The notes under the pieces were generated by a model, which was not told the DNA's origin, did not search any database, and saw nothing but the letters and a program-made list of their open reading frames with translations. DNA of 63,823 bases, the filler included, from Reticulomyxa filosa (lineage: Eukaryota > Protista > Foraminifera), in NCBI GenBank assembly GCA_000512085.1. It is 26 parts of 26 records of this genome, joined end to end, with 100 filler letters (N's around TTAATTAATTAA, not from the genome) between each part and the next. Parts side by side here need not be neighbours in the genome. Positions count along the whole stretch, not along the records: positions 47,674 to 50,033 come from ASPP01000574.1; positions 50,134 to 52,041 come from ASPP01039392.1; positions 52,142 to 53,314 come from ASPP01047119.1; positions 53,415 to 55,145 come from ASPP01024113.1; positions 55,246 to 57,021 come from ASPP01021961.1; positions 57,122 to 60,442 come from ASPP01019872.1; positions 60,543 to 63,823 come from ASPP01029252.1; 19 more parts are not named here. One strand, given 5' to 3'. The number at the start of each line of letters is the position of its first letter. Position 1 is the stretch's first letter. Both the position numbers and the translations under genes were made by a program. Below, in pieces: positions 48,027-60,962 of the stretch.

Positions 48027-49960
48027 ATGGCATTGAGCCCGTTTACTCAGAATTTGGGTCATACAGTGCAGAGCTGCTCTTCTGTGGTGTGACAGGAACA
48101 TGCATAGTGATAATAATAATAATGCAATTGCTGAGCTTTCATTTGGAATGGGGCATAGTTGGCAGTGCGCGTCGACGTTTGCAAAAACAAATGCAAGGAA
48201 AGAAAGATGGGACTAGAAATAAAGGAGGAAGAAAAAAATACAAAATAAAGGGTGAGCAATTAGGTCATCACTTTCATATATGTGGAAAGCCAATGCCCTA
48301 TGACAAGCTTGCATTTGCAACATTTATCCGCTTGTTATTTTTCTATTTGTTCCAGTTTGTCTTGTGTATTTTATCTGTACTGTTTTATCTCGGTTATCCC
48401 AATTGTCTTATTTGCGAATATGGATCCATCGCTATTCAATGTGCATACATCCTGGGCCGAACCGGTTTTATACTAAACACACAACTAAAAGAGAGAAGAG
48501 GGAAGAGAGGTTTCAATGAAGTATTAAATAAAGAAAGATACATAATGTTGTTGTTGTTGTTGTTGTGATTGAATAGTGTGCTACTCTTTCTTGTTACACG
48601 TATGTCTCTTCTTTGTATCCAAGATATGATTGCATATATACGTATATATATACATACCAAAAAAAAAGTTTGAAAATGAAAGACATTACAAAAGAACATC
48701 TCTTCATTGTATCGACATTTTTTTAAAATTTAATTAATTGAAAAAAAAAAAAAAAATCAATTATGTACTATAGGGAGAGAATTAATGTACAAAAAAAAAA
48801 AAAAAAAAGTAACATAATTTGTGTCATAAAGAAAAAAAAAAAAAAAAGTGCAGATTATTTACAATTGATTTCTTAAAAAAAAAAAAAAAAAGCGTGCTCG
48901 GTTAAGTCAAGGGTTGATGGATACATTGTCACCTTATTGCTTCAAACGAGTATTGCCATTGTTTGTAAGCGTCAATTGTATCACATTCATATTTGTGTTT
49001 ATATTTTTTTTACCTCCAGTTAAGCTTTGTTTATTTTTATGTATTTATTTGTTTTGTGTCTTTTTTGACAATTGAATTAAAAAAAAAAAAATCACACACA
49101 CACACACACACATACGTATGATGATGTAAATAGACTGTGGAATGTATGGACAAAACCAATGCCAGCATGTGGGATCGCGTGTGCAACAAAAAGGAACATG
49201 GAATGACCAAGTGGGTGCATATGGTACAAGGGACGATTGAAATACTAATGGTAATATTTTTGACGTATTTGTTCTTAAAGCCAGTGTTGGCAATGACTCA
49301 AAACATGGACGAACACTTGCACACAAAGTTGGGAAAGCGAAACCAATCACAAAAAAAACAACCTCTAACGTATCCAAATTCGACAATGTTGCGCTCCTCT
49401 TCGCAATTGCCATTTTCTCAATGCAATGATCGCAATGAAGAAGAACATTCCAAACAGCAGCCCGAGTGTTACAATCCACCACCACTTTCGAGTTCGCAAT
49501 TGCAAAGCAAGCCTCATCCCGTTATTTCTTCTTCCTCTCCTTCTTCCAATCCAAATGGGGGAGCAAAACTAGAAAACCCCAAAGACAATGATGTACCGAT
49601 CACATTTCCTTCCGACGAGCGACCATCAGTTTGGCAAAGTCTCTGTTTCTCTTTGCCATTAATTAGATGTAGTAATGCACACAATACGTATACATTTATG
49701 TAACGTATACATATGTATAACTTACTTTTTATATACGTATATAATAAAATAAAAAAAAAAATTAATGTGGTTTTCAACAAAAATAAAAAAATGTATGAAA
49801 ATAGTTTTTATTCACACCACCAAAGCACGGTGGGCAGAAAATTGACATCAGACAAACCAGGTATTGGAGTTCCAGAATTAAAGAAAGACAAGAAATTATT
49901 CATTCTTTAATTGTTATGTCTGTGTTAACCGCGAGTAATCTCTGTTCCGCTTCCTTGGTT
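48027..49960 (+). CDS. Multi-pass membrane protein, possibly a serpentine (7TM-like) receptor
   Basis: At least 4-5 hydrophobic segments across exons (e.g. EILMVIFLTYLFLKPV) followed by a long polar loop. Gene model uncertain. Confidence 0.45.
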
Positions 49961-50639
49961 TTCCTATTGTATCCAAGAGTTATGTGTTGTTTTTTTTTTT
50001 TTTTTTTTTTTTTTTTGTAAAAAAAAAAAAAAANNNNNNNNNNNNNNNNNNNNNNNNNNNNNNNNNNNNNNNNNNNNTTAATTAATTAANNNNNNNNNNN
50101 NNNNNNNNNNNNNNNNNNNNNNNNNNNNNNNNNGGTAGTGGATGTGCAGACGTGTACAAGAATCGTGGGACATAATTGGATTGAAAACATGAGAGATTTG
50201 CGATTGTTGCATAAAGAAGAAAGTTTGAGAGAAATGCGAGTAATTGCAGGTGCAGTCGTCCAATGGCTTGCGAGTGATGGTAGTAAAGAGTTTGTAGATG
50301 AAGATGTAGGAAGAGGCATTAGTTAAATATTCTGTTATTGGAGTTGCATTTACATACGAACAGTAATTTGTAACACCAATTTTGAGAAGAGTCACCCTTT
50401 TAAAACACAGCCGCACGTATACAAATCATTATGTGTGTTTTTTTTTTGTGATGTATAAAAACTAGATTCGTTAAAACAATTCATTTGCAGCATTGGAACA
50501 CGAGATTGGGCAAATTCGGGTATGACAGACCATTTCGTATACTTTATGTGTTATAAAATAAATGATTTGTTTAAATGGTATACGTATATGTAAACTTAAT
50601 TAATGTTGTGCTTTGTTGTTGTGTATGACGAGAAAGCGA

Positions 50640-51885
50640 TAACTGGAGATTTGCGAGTGACAGCGTCGACAACCTTATGTTGCGAAACGATTCGTTGTGT
50701 TATCAAACGAAAGAACAAATCGTGGTTTTTATTCGATTTCTCCCATCGAAAAATCGCGTCAACACATTACACAATTCGACACTACGTCTCGTTGGAGTTT
50801 GAGGTACTGACCATTTTTTCTTTCTTTATTGCTTGCTTTTGTATAAATAAACAAACTCGAATTGGATAAAATAGGGATCCGTCAATGAACAAAGTTTTAA
50901 TTGCATTAGAAACCATGCAAACGATTGCGATTTAAATAGGAAAGGTGGTACGTACACGTGGAAAATCAGATGTGATGAAAAATATTCAATATTTCAAGTT
51001 CGACGTGTTAACTTTTACTTTTTCCATTTTTGTTTTTGTTATTGATCGATGCTTTTTGGAACTTTTTTTTAAAGAGATTGGTTTGATGTTTTTGAATTGT
51101 CATTGTTCGTGTGATAACATATGTATTACAATCATAACAATAATAACGATAATAGTATCTGGCAATAACAAGATTTGAAATGTATGTTGAACTTCAAGAA
51201 CAAGTGATGCAACAAATAAGCAAAGGTTTGTTTTTACTTGATCTCTCTATGCTGTAACATCTTTTTTTTGTTTCAATGCAACAAACAAATAAATAAATAA
51301 CAATTAACAATGTACATTGACACAATAGTTGTTTGTTGTTGTATTTTCAATTGTGTTGAAATGCAAAAAAGGGTCGCTGTCATTTGCGTATCCTACGACT
51401 TTGTTCGTGTCCAACCAATTGCAAATATCATTGATATCAAATGGGAGGACACGTGGCAAAATCCAGTATTGTGTGGAGATATTTATTTGTTGTATTCATC
51501 TATCGCATCTGACAGCAAGCATGCTCATTGTGTGATTGGTCGTGAGCTTATTCGTTTTGTCAAAGAGCCAAAGAAGCGTTCGTTGTTTGTCATTGATTTT
51601 AAAGACATTAAAATTATTCCAACTCATTATTCATTGAAGTTTCGACCACTTTTATTTGTTGTTTTTTGTATATAGTCAAATGAATCATTTAATTAATTAA
51701 ATAATTTTATTATAAAAAAAAAAAGGCATTACATTATATTTAATACTGGACGCTTGCGCAATTGGAAATTTGAACCAAGTGACGACAGCACGGACGGTGT
51801 CAATGGGCAATGGATGTCTATGATCACTAATAACAACGACCAGTTATTAAATCGAAAGGTTGCAACGCATACTTGGACAATTTAT
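50640..51885 (+). pseudogene. Degenerate tandem discoidin/galactose-binding-like domains (HECTD1-type)
   Basis: SWFLFDF..THYTIRHYVS and FVIDFKDIKIIPTHYSL..LRNWKFEPSDD..W..NND..L..THTWTI. Stops and broken frames nearby. Confidence 0.55.
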
Positions 51886-52683
51886 TCTTACGTTGTGGAC
51901 ATTACATATCGTGGGACAAAGAACAATTGTGTTTTTTGGTGTTGGAATGAAGTGGCGATGGAATATCATGGACCCCCGTCTCCGAAAGGAGTCAAAGAGG
52001 TTTGCAATTTATTTTATTTTATTTTTTAATATATTAAATTANNNNNNNNNNNNNNNNNNNNNNNNNNNNNNNNNNNNNNNNNNNNTTAATTAATTAANNN
52101 NNNNNNNNNNNNNNNNNNNNNNNNNNNNNNNNNNNNNNNNNTTGACATGACAGATATACTCGCAATGTCCAAAAAAAGGGTCACGCGCTCTTTAATTTGT
52201 TTTACATAGAAACAACCTTTGTTAGTGTTATGCATTTAATTGCAAAAAAAACATTAAATGATAAAATATCTTTTCTTTAAAGCTTTATTCTAATAAAATA
52301 CTAAACTCAATAAAACTTTTAAAAAATGCAAATAGTATGAACAAAGAAAAACAATCTAAGATTTCCAAAACGTAATAGCATTAATGTTTTACATAATGTT
52401 GCTTAAGATTAATGTTTTTTTTATTAGCCAAAAGATGTTGGCCCCTTTGCACTTATTTTCATTTTTTCCATCATGTACTATAAAAAGCCGAAAAAAATAC
52501 AAAGCAAAGTAAAAAAAGAAGATGATCGCTTAGATCATGATTTAAACGAGAATAAAACTAGTACATATCGTGAGAAATAGCATATTCAAATAACTATAAT
52601 TTCTCTACAAATTTTTTTTTCAAAATAAAAAGTGTGGTTCATGAAAACCTAAAAAGGATAAGTAAAAGTAGCGATTTATTAAC

Positions 52684-52852
52684 ATACTATCTGCCTCAAG
52701 ATTATGTATTGTCACTCCCAAGATGTGCATGATTGTGAAAGCAATTATGTGCAACGAGATGTTGCTTAAATACTAGGTTTGATTGATGCATGATTGGTGG
52801 ACGGGAATAGCGCTTAGCCTATGGTTAAGCGGTTCTTCGTTCATTTTTTTTT
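52684..52852 (+). ncRNA. Candidate structured non-coding RNA of unassigned class
   Basis: Several G-U-containing helices, a GAAA-capped 10-bp stem, a long 3' hairpin (52798-52843) and a T9 tract, in an otherwise ORF-free AT-rich contig. Confidence 0.55.
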
Positions 52853-53555
52853 AAATTTTTTTTCAAAAAATAATCATATAAATATGTTTAAAATGTGCCT
52901 TTTACTGAATTTTCTTTTTTGGAACTAAGTCCTTTTCGTATTACATTTAGTCGTCTCAATGTTCCTACATGTTACTTAAAATATAAAATTTGGAATATAT
53001 ATTTAGAAAGTATTGCAAATGCTACAACTACAATTAATCAAAATTCTTTTTTTAAAATTCATGTACCATAATCATGAAATTAAAAGTATTCCAAAATAAA
53101 TTATTTGCACTAATTTTTTTGAAAATGAAAACAAAATAAATGCATAAAAAAAATCAAATAATGATAAAGCGTTCTTTTGATTGTTTTCTTTTTTTTTTTA
53201 TAGTGGATTTTAAAAATATCACATTGTAAGTAAATAATTATCACATACTTTGCTGATAATCGATTTGTTTGGAAAAAGATACAATAAACTAATGTTGTTA
53301 TACCAAAAAAAAAANNNNNNNNNNNNNNNNNNNNNNNNNNNNNNNNNNNNNNNNNNNNTTAATTAATTAANNNNNNNNNNNNNNNNNNNNNNNNNNNNNN
53401 NNNNNNNNNNNNNNACACACACATGCAGCTATTGCTACGTATACTTACACAAATATTTGCATGTATATGATTTCGTGCAAATACATATATGTATACGTAC
53501 GTATACATATACATAAGTATGTGTACATACATATGTATGGATACATGAAATAGAG

Positions 53556-55030
53556 GTTCGATTGAGATTTATTGAAATGATAACCGACAAAGACGTGAAT
53601 AATGTGATAAAATCGGCGAATGACACGTTTGGTAAAAAGAGCGGATCACGGCAATATATGAAAAAGCTGTGGACAAAGAAAGAAACATTGGAAATGTACA
53701 AAACGGTGATCTTTGAGCTAATGGATCTGTATCACGCATTAACAACCGAGTTGAACCATTACCTGCCGTGCGCATCGTTGAATACAGGAGTGGAAGACGA
53801 GATAAAGACGAGAGAAGCATTGAATTTGCACACAAGCGAAAATGTAAGTGCAAGTACAAGTGCAAGTGCAAGTGCAAGTGCAAATAAAAATGAAAATGAA
53901 AATGAAAATGCGAATGTAAGCGAAAATGCGAATGTAAGCGAAAATGCGAATGCAAGTGCAAATGTGAATGAAAATAAAAAAGATGAAAATGAAAAGCAAA
54001 AGGAAACAGAAAAAAGCAAAGACGAGATGACGATGGTGCGTTTGAGCGAGCAAAGCCAAATGGACGTGGTGTTGTCTGGACAAACCCAAATAAGCACATC
54101 GCCATTCAAGAGTGGTTCGTGGTTGATTTTGGGAGTGCCAAGCGAGTGGATGACGCAGCAGCAGCAGCAGCAGCAGCAATGGAATGGAGGCTCGAGCCAG
54201 CTAGAAAAGCAAAAGCAAGGACAGATGCAAGTACGCGTGCAAATGGCATCGACGAACAAGACAATCGACCTGCATGCGAGTGAGTCCATTCACACATTGC
54301 AGACCATCTTCCAAAGCATCTTAACGAATAATCCTTTGTTCCGAAGTCACACCATCACCGTCAAAGAGTTTGAGACGAGTATTTATCCGGGAAGCGATCC
54401 AGAGATGTGGCGTGGTTTAGACATAAGTAACACCACCACTAATAGCAATAATGGGTCCCTTTCACATATCGATATCAAAGATTGCTCAATGTTCATGTAC
54501 GAATTGCAATTGGTTCGCACTCGTGGCTTGCTTCATCTTCCGCCACTCACATTGGTGGAACATCAGCCTTTAATCATTCACTGCTGCTCCTTGCGCCATT
54601 GGGCTGTTGTTCGCGCCTTGCTTCGCGTCTTCGAGATCGTCTTGCTGTTTGATGTCAATCCCGTCAACTACTGGAACGTCCTAACCTATGCTGTCATCAA
54701 TGACCAACTCGATATTATCCAACTGATCTTGGCTATTTGGGATAAATACCAATATGATCGTCAGCTTCTTCAGGCCTTGCAAACACAAAAATCACAAACT
54801 CTATCCTTTGCCTTACTTTCCAATACTTCTTCTCCCTCTTCTCCCTCTGCTTTTGCCAATCCTTATTCTCTTCACTGTACCATCGCTCGCTCCGTCGACA
54901 AAGACGGAGTGCCTCTATTATTGTTCGCTCACAGCATCAAGACCATCGAGTATCTACTCCTCTCCGGTGCCGATGTCAATGTCGTCAGCTTCACTGCACA
55001 CGAGTCTTTGCTCATTTGCTGTGTCAAAAG
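53556..55030 (+). CDS. Ankyrin-repeat protein, internal fragment
   Basis: NVLTYAVINDQLDIIQLIL and DKDGVPLL..IEYLLLSGADVN. Low-complexity ASAS/NENE and poly-Q inserts. Confidence 0.75.
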
Positions 55031-55302
55031 GTTTCTTCTACTTTTTTTCTTTTTTTATCTTTAAAAAACAAAAAAAAAAAAAAAATTAGTAAATGTTACA
55101 AATATTGAATGCGGGCCAAACAAACATGTTTAAAAAAAAAAAAAANNNNNNNNNNNNNNNNNNNNNNNNNNNNNNNNNNNNNNNNNNNNTTAATTAATTA
55201 ANNNNNNNNNNNNNNNNNNNNNNNNNNNNNNNNNNNNNNNNNNNNAAAAAAAAAATCAAAAGATGTGTAAATATGTTGTTTTTTCAATAATGTACTGTGC
55301 AG

Positions 55303-56712
55303 CAGTCCAATCTCAAACCTGCAACCAATACAATGGATAAAGACATTGCTAAACTAAAAAAAGACGTACCCTCGAAAGGGACAACAGGAATAGCTCAAGA
55401 TAAATCAAAGCCAGAAGAAAAGACTTCCAACAGAGTCGTTAAGAGATCGCTGCAAGATTCCGATAAATCACGTATTGATGAATCTGCTATATTCAGCAAA
55501 GACAATAAGCAAGCCATAAATGCAGCTGCGGCCAAGAACGTAAAACCCAATACCGATGCCAATGCCAGTGCCAAGACAAATATAGATGCAAATGCAAAGA
55601 CAAGCACGAACGTAGCTGCAAATACAAAGGCTAATGCGAGCGCAAGTGCAAATGCAGCAAATGTAGATGCGAGTAAGACCGCAGCCAAAGTCGAAAAACA
55701 AGAGTCAAAGCAAAACGATAGTTGGAATGCTTCTGGTAGTGATGAGGGCAAAGAATGGGGATTTCAATCGTCACAAAAGTCGGGTTTAGATGACGATTTT
55801 ACCAACAATTCGTTTTGGCAGCCAGGTGCGAAGAAGACGCAGCAAGAAAGCAATAAGGATTGGAAGGAAGAATACAAAAGTCGAATAATAGATATATACA
55901 AAAAGCATGCACCAGAAAGATTGGCAAATATAGATGAATTGATTTTGAAATATGGAGCAAATCCAACAACGATTCATGAAAAGCTCTACCTGACAATCTG
56001 TAGCAAATACAAGGAGCAACCAAAGCCCATGTATCGTAATACTGCCCAGAATACACAACAAATACCTTCATCATCAAATAGTTAGGATGAGACAAAAATA
56101 GAGGAGGGTTGACAATGAAATTCATATTTTATCCATTTATATCAAACACAACATATACGTTAACACATTACAACACAAATCAAACTCAAAGGCTTCGATG
56201 ACACTTCTTCTTGGAATAATCATGGTAATGACAATGACGCTTGGGACAGCAATAAAAATGTCTGGGGAAATGACAGGGGAAATGGCAGGGGAAATAACAG
56301 TGGCAATAACTTTGGAAGAGATAATAATGCGTCAAAGCCGCCTGACAATTGGTTCGATCAGCCATCAAATAATTCAAAAGGTGACAATGGCTTTGGATTT
56401 GGAGGGGGATGGGGTTCGGGCTCCGATAAAAACATGAACGATACAGATACCAACTTGTGGGACACTTCGAATAATAACGGCAGCAATAATCCATGGGGGG
56501 GATTTGCAAGCAGTGACACTAACAATTGGAACTCGTCTGAAGGAGGAAATAACCTTGGCTTTGCATCGAGCGCTGAACAACCGGCCTGGGCCAACAACAT
56601 GGCCGCTGTGATGACACAGCAGCCTAGCAACAACGATAATGATGGCTTTGCAGCATTTTCCAAAGCCGGAGGCTTTGATGGATTTTTACAGGGTGGGGGA
56701 AGTAGTTGGTGA
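55303..56712 (+). CDS. Low-complexity protein with a small helical domain and a Trp/Gly/Asn-rich tail (5' partial; intron about 56082-56190)
   Basis: YKSRIIDIYKKHAPERLANIDELILKY..LY..ICSKY domain. Final exon has many W and F motifs and ends GGGSSW*. Confidence 0.7.
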
Positions 56713-57121
56713 GCAGAAATAGAAAGGAAAAGAAAAAAAATATTATGAAATAGATTGCAGTATTGTTTGTTTTATTCCTTTCATTTTATCTCACAAAGAC
56801 TAAATTTTTCAATTTGGATCCCAAAATAGGAGAAAAAAACAACGTTTGTCTGAGCGCTTCAGAAGTACAGCAACTGTATGCATAGCTACGCAATAATTCA
56901 AGTGCCATGTTGTAGTATTGTCAAAAAAAGAAGAAAATCAAATATATACTTTATCTAAGATACTGTAGGGAAAGTCCATATTATAAATCCCCAACTACTA
57001 ACGGAACGGTGGGACCCCCAGNNNNNNNNNNNNNNNNNNNNNNNNNNNNNNNNNNNNNNNNNNNNTTAATTAATTAANNNNNNNNNNNNNNNNNNNNNNN
57101 NNNNNNNNNNNNNNNNNNNNN

Positions 57122-57158
57122 ATCGTTTTAGGCGTTCAGTTTTCTTTGCAACCTACTG
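57122..57158 (-). mobile_element. Tc1-type terminal repeat end followed by TA
   Basis: 57125-57158 is the exact reverse complement of 33490-33523. Confidence 0.9.
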
Positions 57159-57659
57159 TAAATATTTGTTATAAAAAAATTAATTTAACATTTAATGATG
57201 AATATTCGAATCCAGAGACCTGATGTAAATTTATGTATGGCATGTATAAAGTATATATTTGGATTTGCCACTACTTACTTATGTAAAGAGTATAGTCGTG
57301 TTACTTTAAAGAATTTGATTTTTTAAAAAGTGAAAAAGATGTGAAAATGAAAATATAAACAGATATGATATTTTGAAGTTTTATTTACGGTCATGGGAAA
57401 AGACGAAAAATAACATATTTCGTTTAAAAGATTACATATTATTATAAATTGTATTTACTTTGGGCTTACTATTTTATTGTTGTTCAAATTAATTATCTTC
57501 TATGATTAATTTTAAAAAAAATTAAGAGAAATAAATTTTAATTTTAATTAAGGCATCTTATTTCTTCAATCAGATTTATTGCCAAGAATTAAGATGATAC
57601 TTTTTTGGAAACGATATAGGGATGATGATCTCAAATTAAAAAAAAACACACACAATTAC

Positions 57660-58964
57660 TTACAAATTTTTCAATTTTAATATTATATTTTTTGTATTTT
57701 GATGATTTTTACCCAATTTTTCAGTATAAATCGATAATGCATTTTCATAACATTTCTTTGCTTCCGTTTTATCTCCTTTTTTATAATAGATATATCCTAA
57801 AACATTATATGAATCACCAATATATTGATGATTTAAATCAAATTTATTCAATCTTAATTTCAATACTTTATTTCCAAATTCCACTGCTTTATCATATTCT
57901 CGTTTTTCATAATAAGTTAATGCTAAATTATTATATAAAACAGCAATTTCAATATGATCAGATCCCAATTTATCTAATCGAATTTTTAATGAATTTTCAT
58001 AATATTCAATTGCTTTATTATATTCTCCTTTTTTCTATATAAACATCTCCTAAACTATTATATATAATAGCAATATCAGGATGATTATATCCAAATTTAT
58101 CTGAATTAATTTTTAATGATTTTTCATAATATTCAATTGCTTTATTATATTCACCTTTATTGCTATATGCTCTACCCAACCAAGAATAAGAATCAGCAAT
58201 ATTAATATGAGAATTATGTAATGTTTGTAATAAAAAACAAATTACAAAACGAAATAATTCTATTGCTTCATTTATTTTTGATATTTCTAATAAATTTCTT
58301 CCTAATTCCATTATATTCTTTATATCAATAGGCCAAGAACAAGTAAAAACATGAAAACGAAAATGACAACAAATAATAGATAAATTAGTAGAAATAAGTT
58401 GTTGAATAATATGATAATTTCCAAATCCATTCATAATACAATTTACAACATAAACACATCCATCAAATATAATATTTTTTGAATGAAATAAAGAAATAGA
58501 ATATTGTCCAATTATTAATTTTTTTTTCATATATTTATTTGAAGTAATCACCATTGAGAAAGGAATATTATTAATTTGATATAATTTATTATTTGATTTT
58601 GCCAATTGTTCAATATTCTTTGCAACAACAACAATTCCTTGTTGTTTATTAGTAATCATTTTACTTAGCATTTTATGGCTTCTTTATTTGTTTTATTCCA
58701 TGAATGATCTTTATCAATTTCAGTATCTAAGCTTTTATATTTTTCGGCTGGATTTATAATCTGGTGAAATTTATCTTCATCCTCTGGATATTTTCTTTCA
58801 TCATCATTGTCAATAATTTTAAAATATGACGTAGAGTTTATTGTTTTGTCATTTTTAGTATTAATGATCTCTGTCACTTTTTCTCTCAATCTTTTTAATC
58901 TCAGGAAAACAAGTGTCATTTTGTGCATTTCTTTTTTAAAACAAAGAAAAGCTTTATAAAGCAT
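57660..58964 (-). pseudogene. TPR-repeat protein (kinesin-light-chain/NPHP3-like repeats), frameshifted
   Basis: IADSYSWLGRAYSNKGEYNKAIEYYEKSLKI-type repeats. Frame breaks near 58670 and 58030. Confidence 0.8.
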
Positions 58965-59639
58965 TTCTTTTTTTTTAGTTTGCCTATTATGAATATTTTA
59001 AAAAAGTTTTAGGTTAACTCCAGTTTTTTCAAAAATCCCTTTCACGTTTTTATGTTCTTTTTGAAAAAGATTTTTTTAAAAAATCCTTTTTCAAATTTTG
59101 ATCAATCTTTTTTAAATTCCTTCAGCAATGACATTTCTATTCAATTGTATGAATATGGAAATATAGTGTACATCCTGGACAATTACTCGAAATGTATGAA
59201 GGTACACGCATCTATATTTCAACCTTTGAACCACAAAAGTGAAAACAATTATGCAAAAATAATAGATATTAACAATTTTAATGTTGACCTAATTTGTAGA
59301 TACAAAAGATGATGATGTGTACATTAAAGTTTAGATATAATTATTTTCCTAAAAGAAAAAAAAAGAGCAAGATCCAAGAAATAATGACTATTAAACTTGC
59401 AGGAGGTATGCAAGATGAATTAAAGACAGGGCAATATGAAGGTATTGATAAAATTATACGGTAATGTGATTAAAGAAGATATACGCTTGAACAAAGCAAT
59501 GGAAACGTTTAGAGCAAAATATAATCTGTACGTTTAAAAAAATATTGATATTCTCTTTTTGATATACTTACTACAATTGCCTCTTGTTTAAAAGATATTA
59601 TAATTGTTGGATGGTTCTAAAATTATTTCATATTCAAGG

Positions 59640-59790
59640 GATAAAAGTATTCGAATATGGGATGTGTCTAATATTAGAAGGACATAATGTGTATATTAGT
59701 TGTATTCACTTATCACCCGATTATTCAAAACTAGTATCAAATTCTTATGATAAAACAATTCGATTATGGGGTAGTAATAATGGTAAAATT
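59640..59790 (+). pseudogene. Degenerate WD40 remnant
   Basis: LEGHNVYISCIHLSPDYSKLVSNSYDKTIRLW within broken frames. Confidence 0.6.
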
Positions 59791-60136
59791 ATTGAGATAA
59801 ATTGTATTTAGAGAGTAGGTACTCAAAGTGGTTTATTAATGAAAGATAGTATTTTGAAAGCATAAAAGGTTTGGAAAATGACATCCAAAGATAATATCAT
59901 TTTTATTATGCAGTTTGTTGAACGTCTTCAATACAATAATTGAATATTTTCATGTAAAATATCTTTTTTGTTTTAAACAAAATTTACCAATAATGGTAAT
60001 GGTCTTCTTTCAACTCCTTTTTTCAGAAAATATAAAAGAAAAAAATTTAAACTTTTTTTTAACAAAAGCATTAAAAGAATTGTTGTTGTTATTATTTTTA
60101 CCAGCATTTGTAAGCACTATCTTGAAAAAATGATAA

Positions 60137-60442
60137 TTATCCCCAAATGCAAATTGGACCTTTGAATGAACTATAACACAGATTAATGCCACAATCACCA
60201 TTATTTTTATTTTTCATATTCTTTTTTAATTGAAAAAATGTAAGACACATTATTCCGTGATCTTCTTTAATAATATGTAATTCACATTTATTTGATCGAA
60301 TATCCCAAAATTGAATTATACCATCCCTTGATCCAGAACATATTACATTTGAATTACCACCAAATTCAATATTTTTTACTATAAATGGTGAATATTTAAC
60401 AGTCCATACTTCACTTTTATGTCCATTAAACATTTGACTTTG
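60137..60442 (-). CDS. WD40-repeat protein, C-terminal fragment
   Basis: FNGHKSEVWTVKYSP..ICSGSRDGIIQFWDIR..GPICIWG*. Confidence 0.85.
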   Translation of the reverse strand, partial: QSQMFNGHKSEVWTVKYSPFIVKNIEFGGNSNVICSGSRDGIIQFWDIRSNKCELHIIKEDHGIMCLTFFQLKKNMKNKNNGDCGINLCYSSFKGPICIWG

Positions 60443-60542
60443 NNNNNNNNNNNNNNNNNNNNNNNNNNNNNNNNNNNNNNNNNNNNTTAATTAATTAANN
60501 NNNNNNNNNNNNNNNNNNNNNNNNNNNNNNNNNNNNNNNNNN

Positions 60543-60962
60543 ATGTTTTAGGCGTTCAGTTTTCTTTGCAACCTACTGTATTTAAAGCTTCACAAAATTT
60601 TAAAAAATCATTTGAAAGAATGATATCTTTATCCAACCTAAAAAAAAAGTTATTCAAAAATCAATATCATATTTAAAAACTACAATACTTGTAGATATTT
60701 AAAAAAAAAAAAATTAGCTTTAAATGTTTATTTTTCATTAAGAAAATCTATCATCTTCATAAGATGTCATTTTCAGTGTTCAGTTTTTTTTGCAACCTAC
60801 TGTAGTTTGTTGAGGAGGTTTAATCCAAAGGGAGCTCTTCAGTTCAATAAGCGTTCAGCCATGTGTGATAAGGGCTTGCACTAAAGTCTAAATGTTGATT
60901 TTTTATTGATAAAATCAATTATCATCATAAGATATGTTTTAGGCGTTCAGTTTTCTTTGCAA
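60543..60962 (-). mobile_element. Cluster of three same-orientation Tc1-type termini
   Basis: Copies end at 60578 (+TA), 60802 (+TA, diverged) and 60962 (7 nt short). Confidence 0.88.

Noticed and set aside
56968-56977. GGGAAAGTCC resembling RNase P/MRP conserved region I
   Set aside because: No supporting P3 hairpin, and the contig ends before any P4 partner could be seen.
3452-60542. Regularly recurring TTAATTAATTAA within N runs as a CRISPR-like or biological repeat
   Set aside because: Fixed 100-nt construct with six-frame stops. It is an artificial contig joiner.
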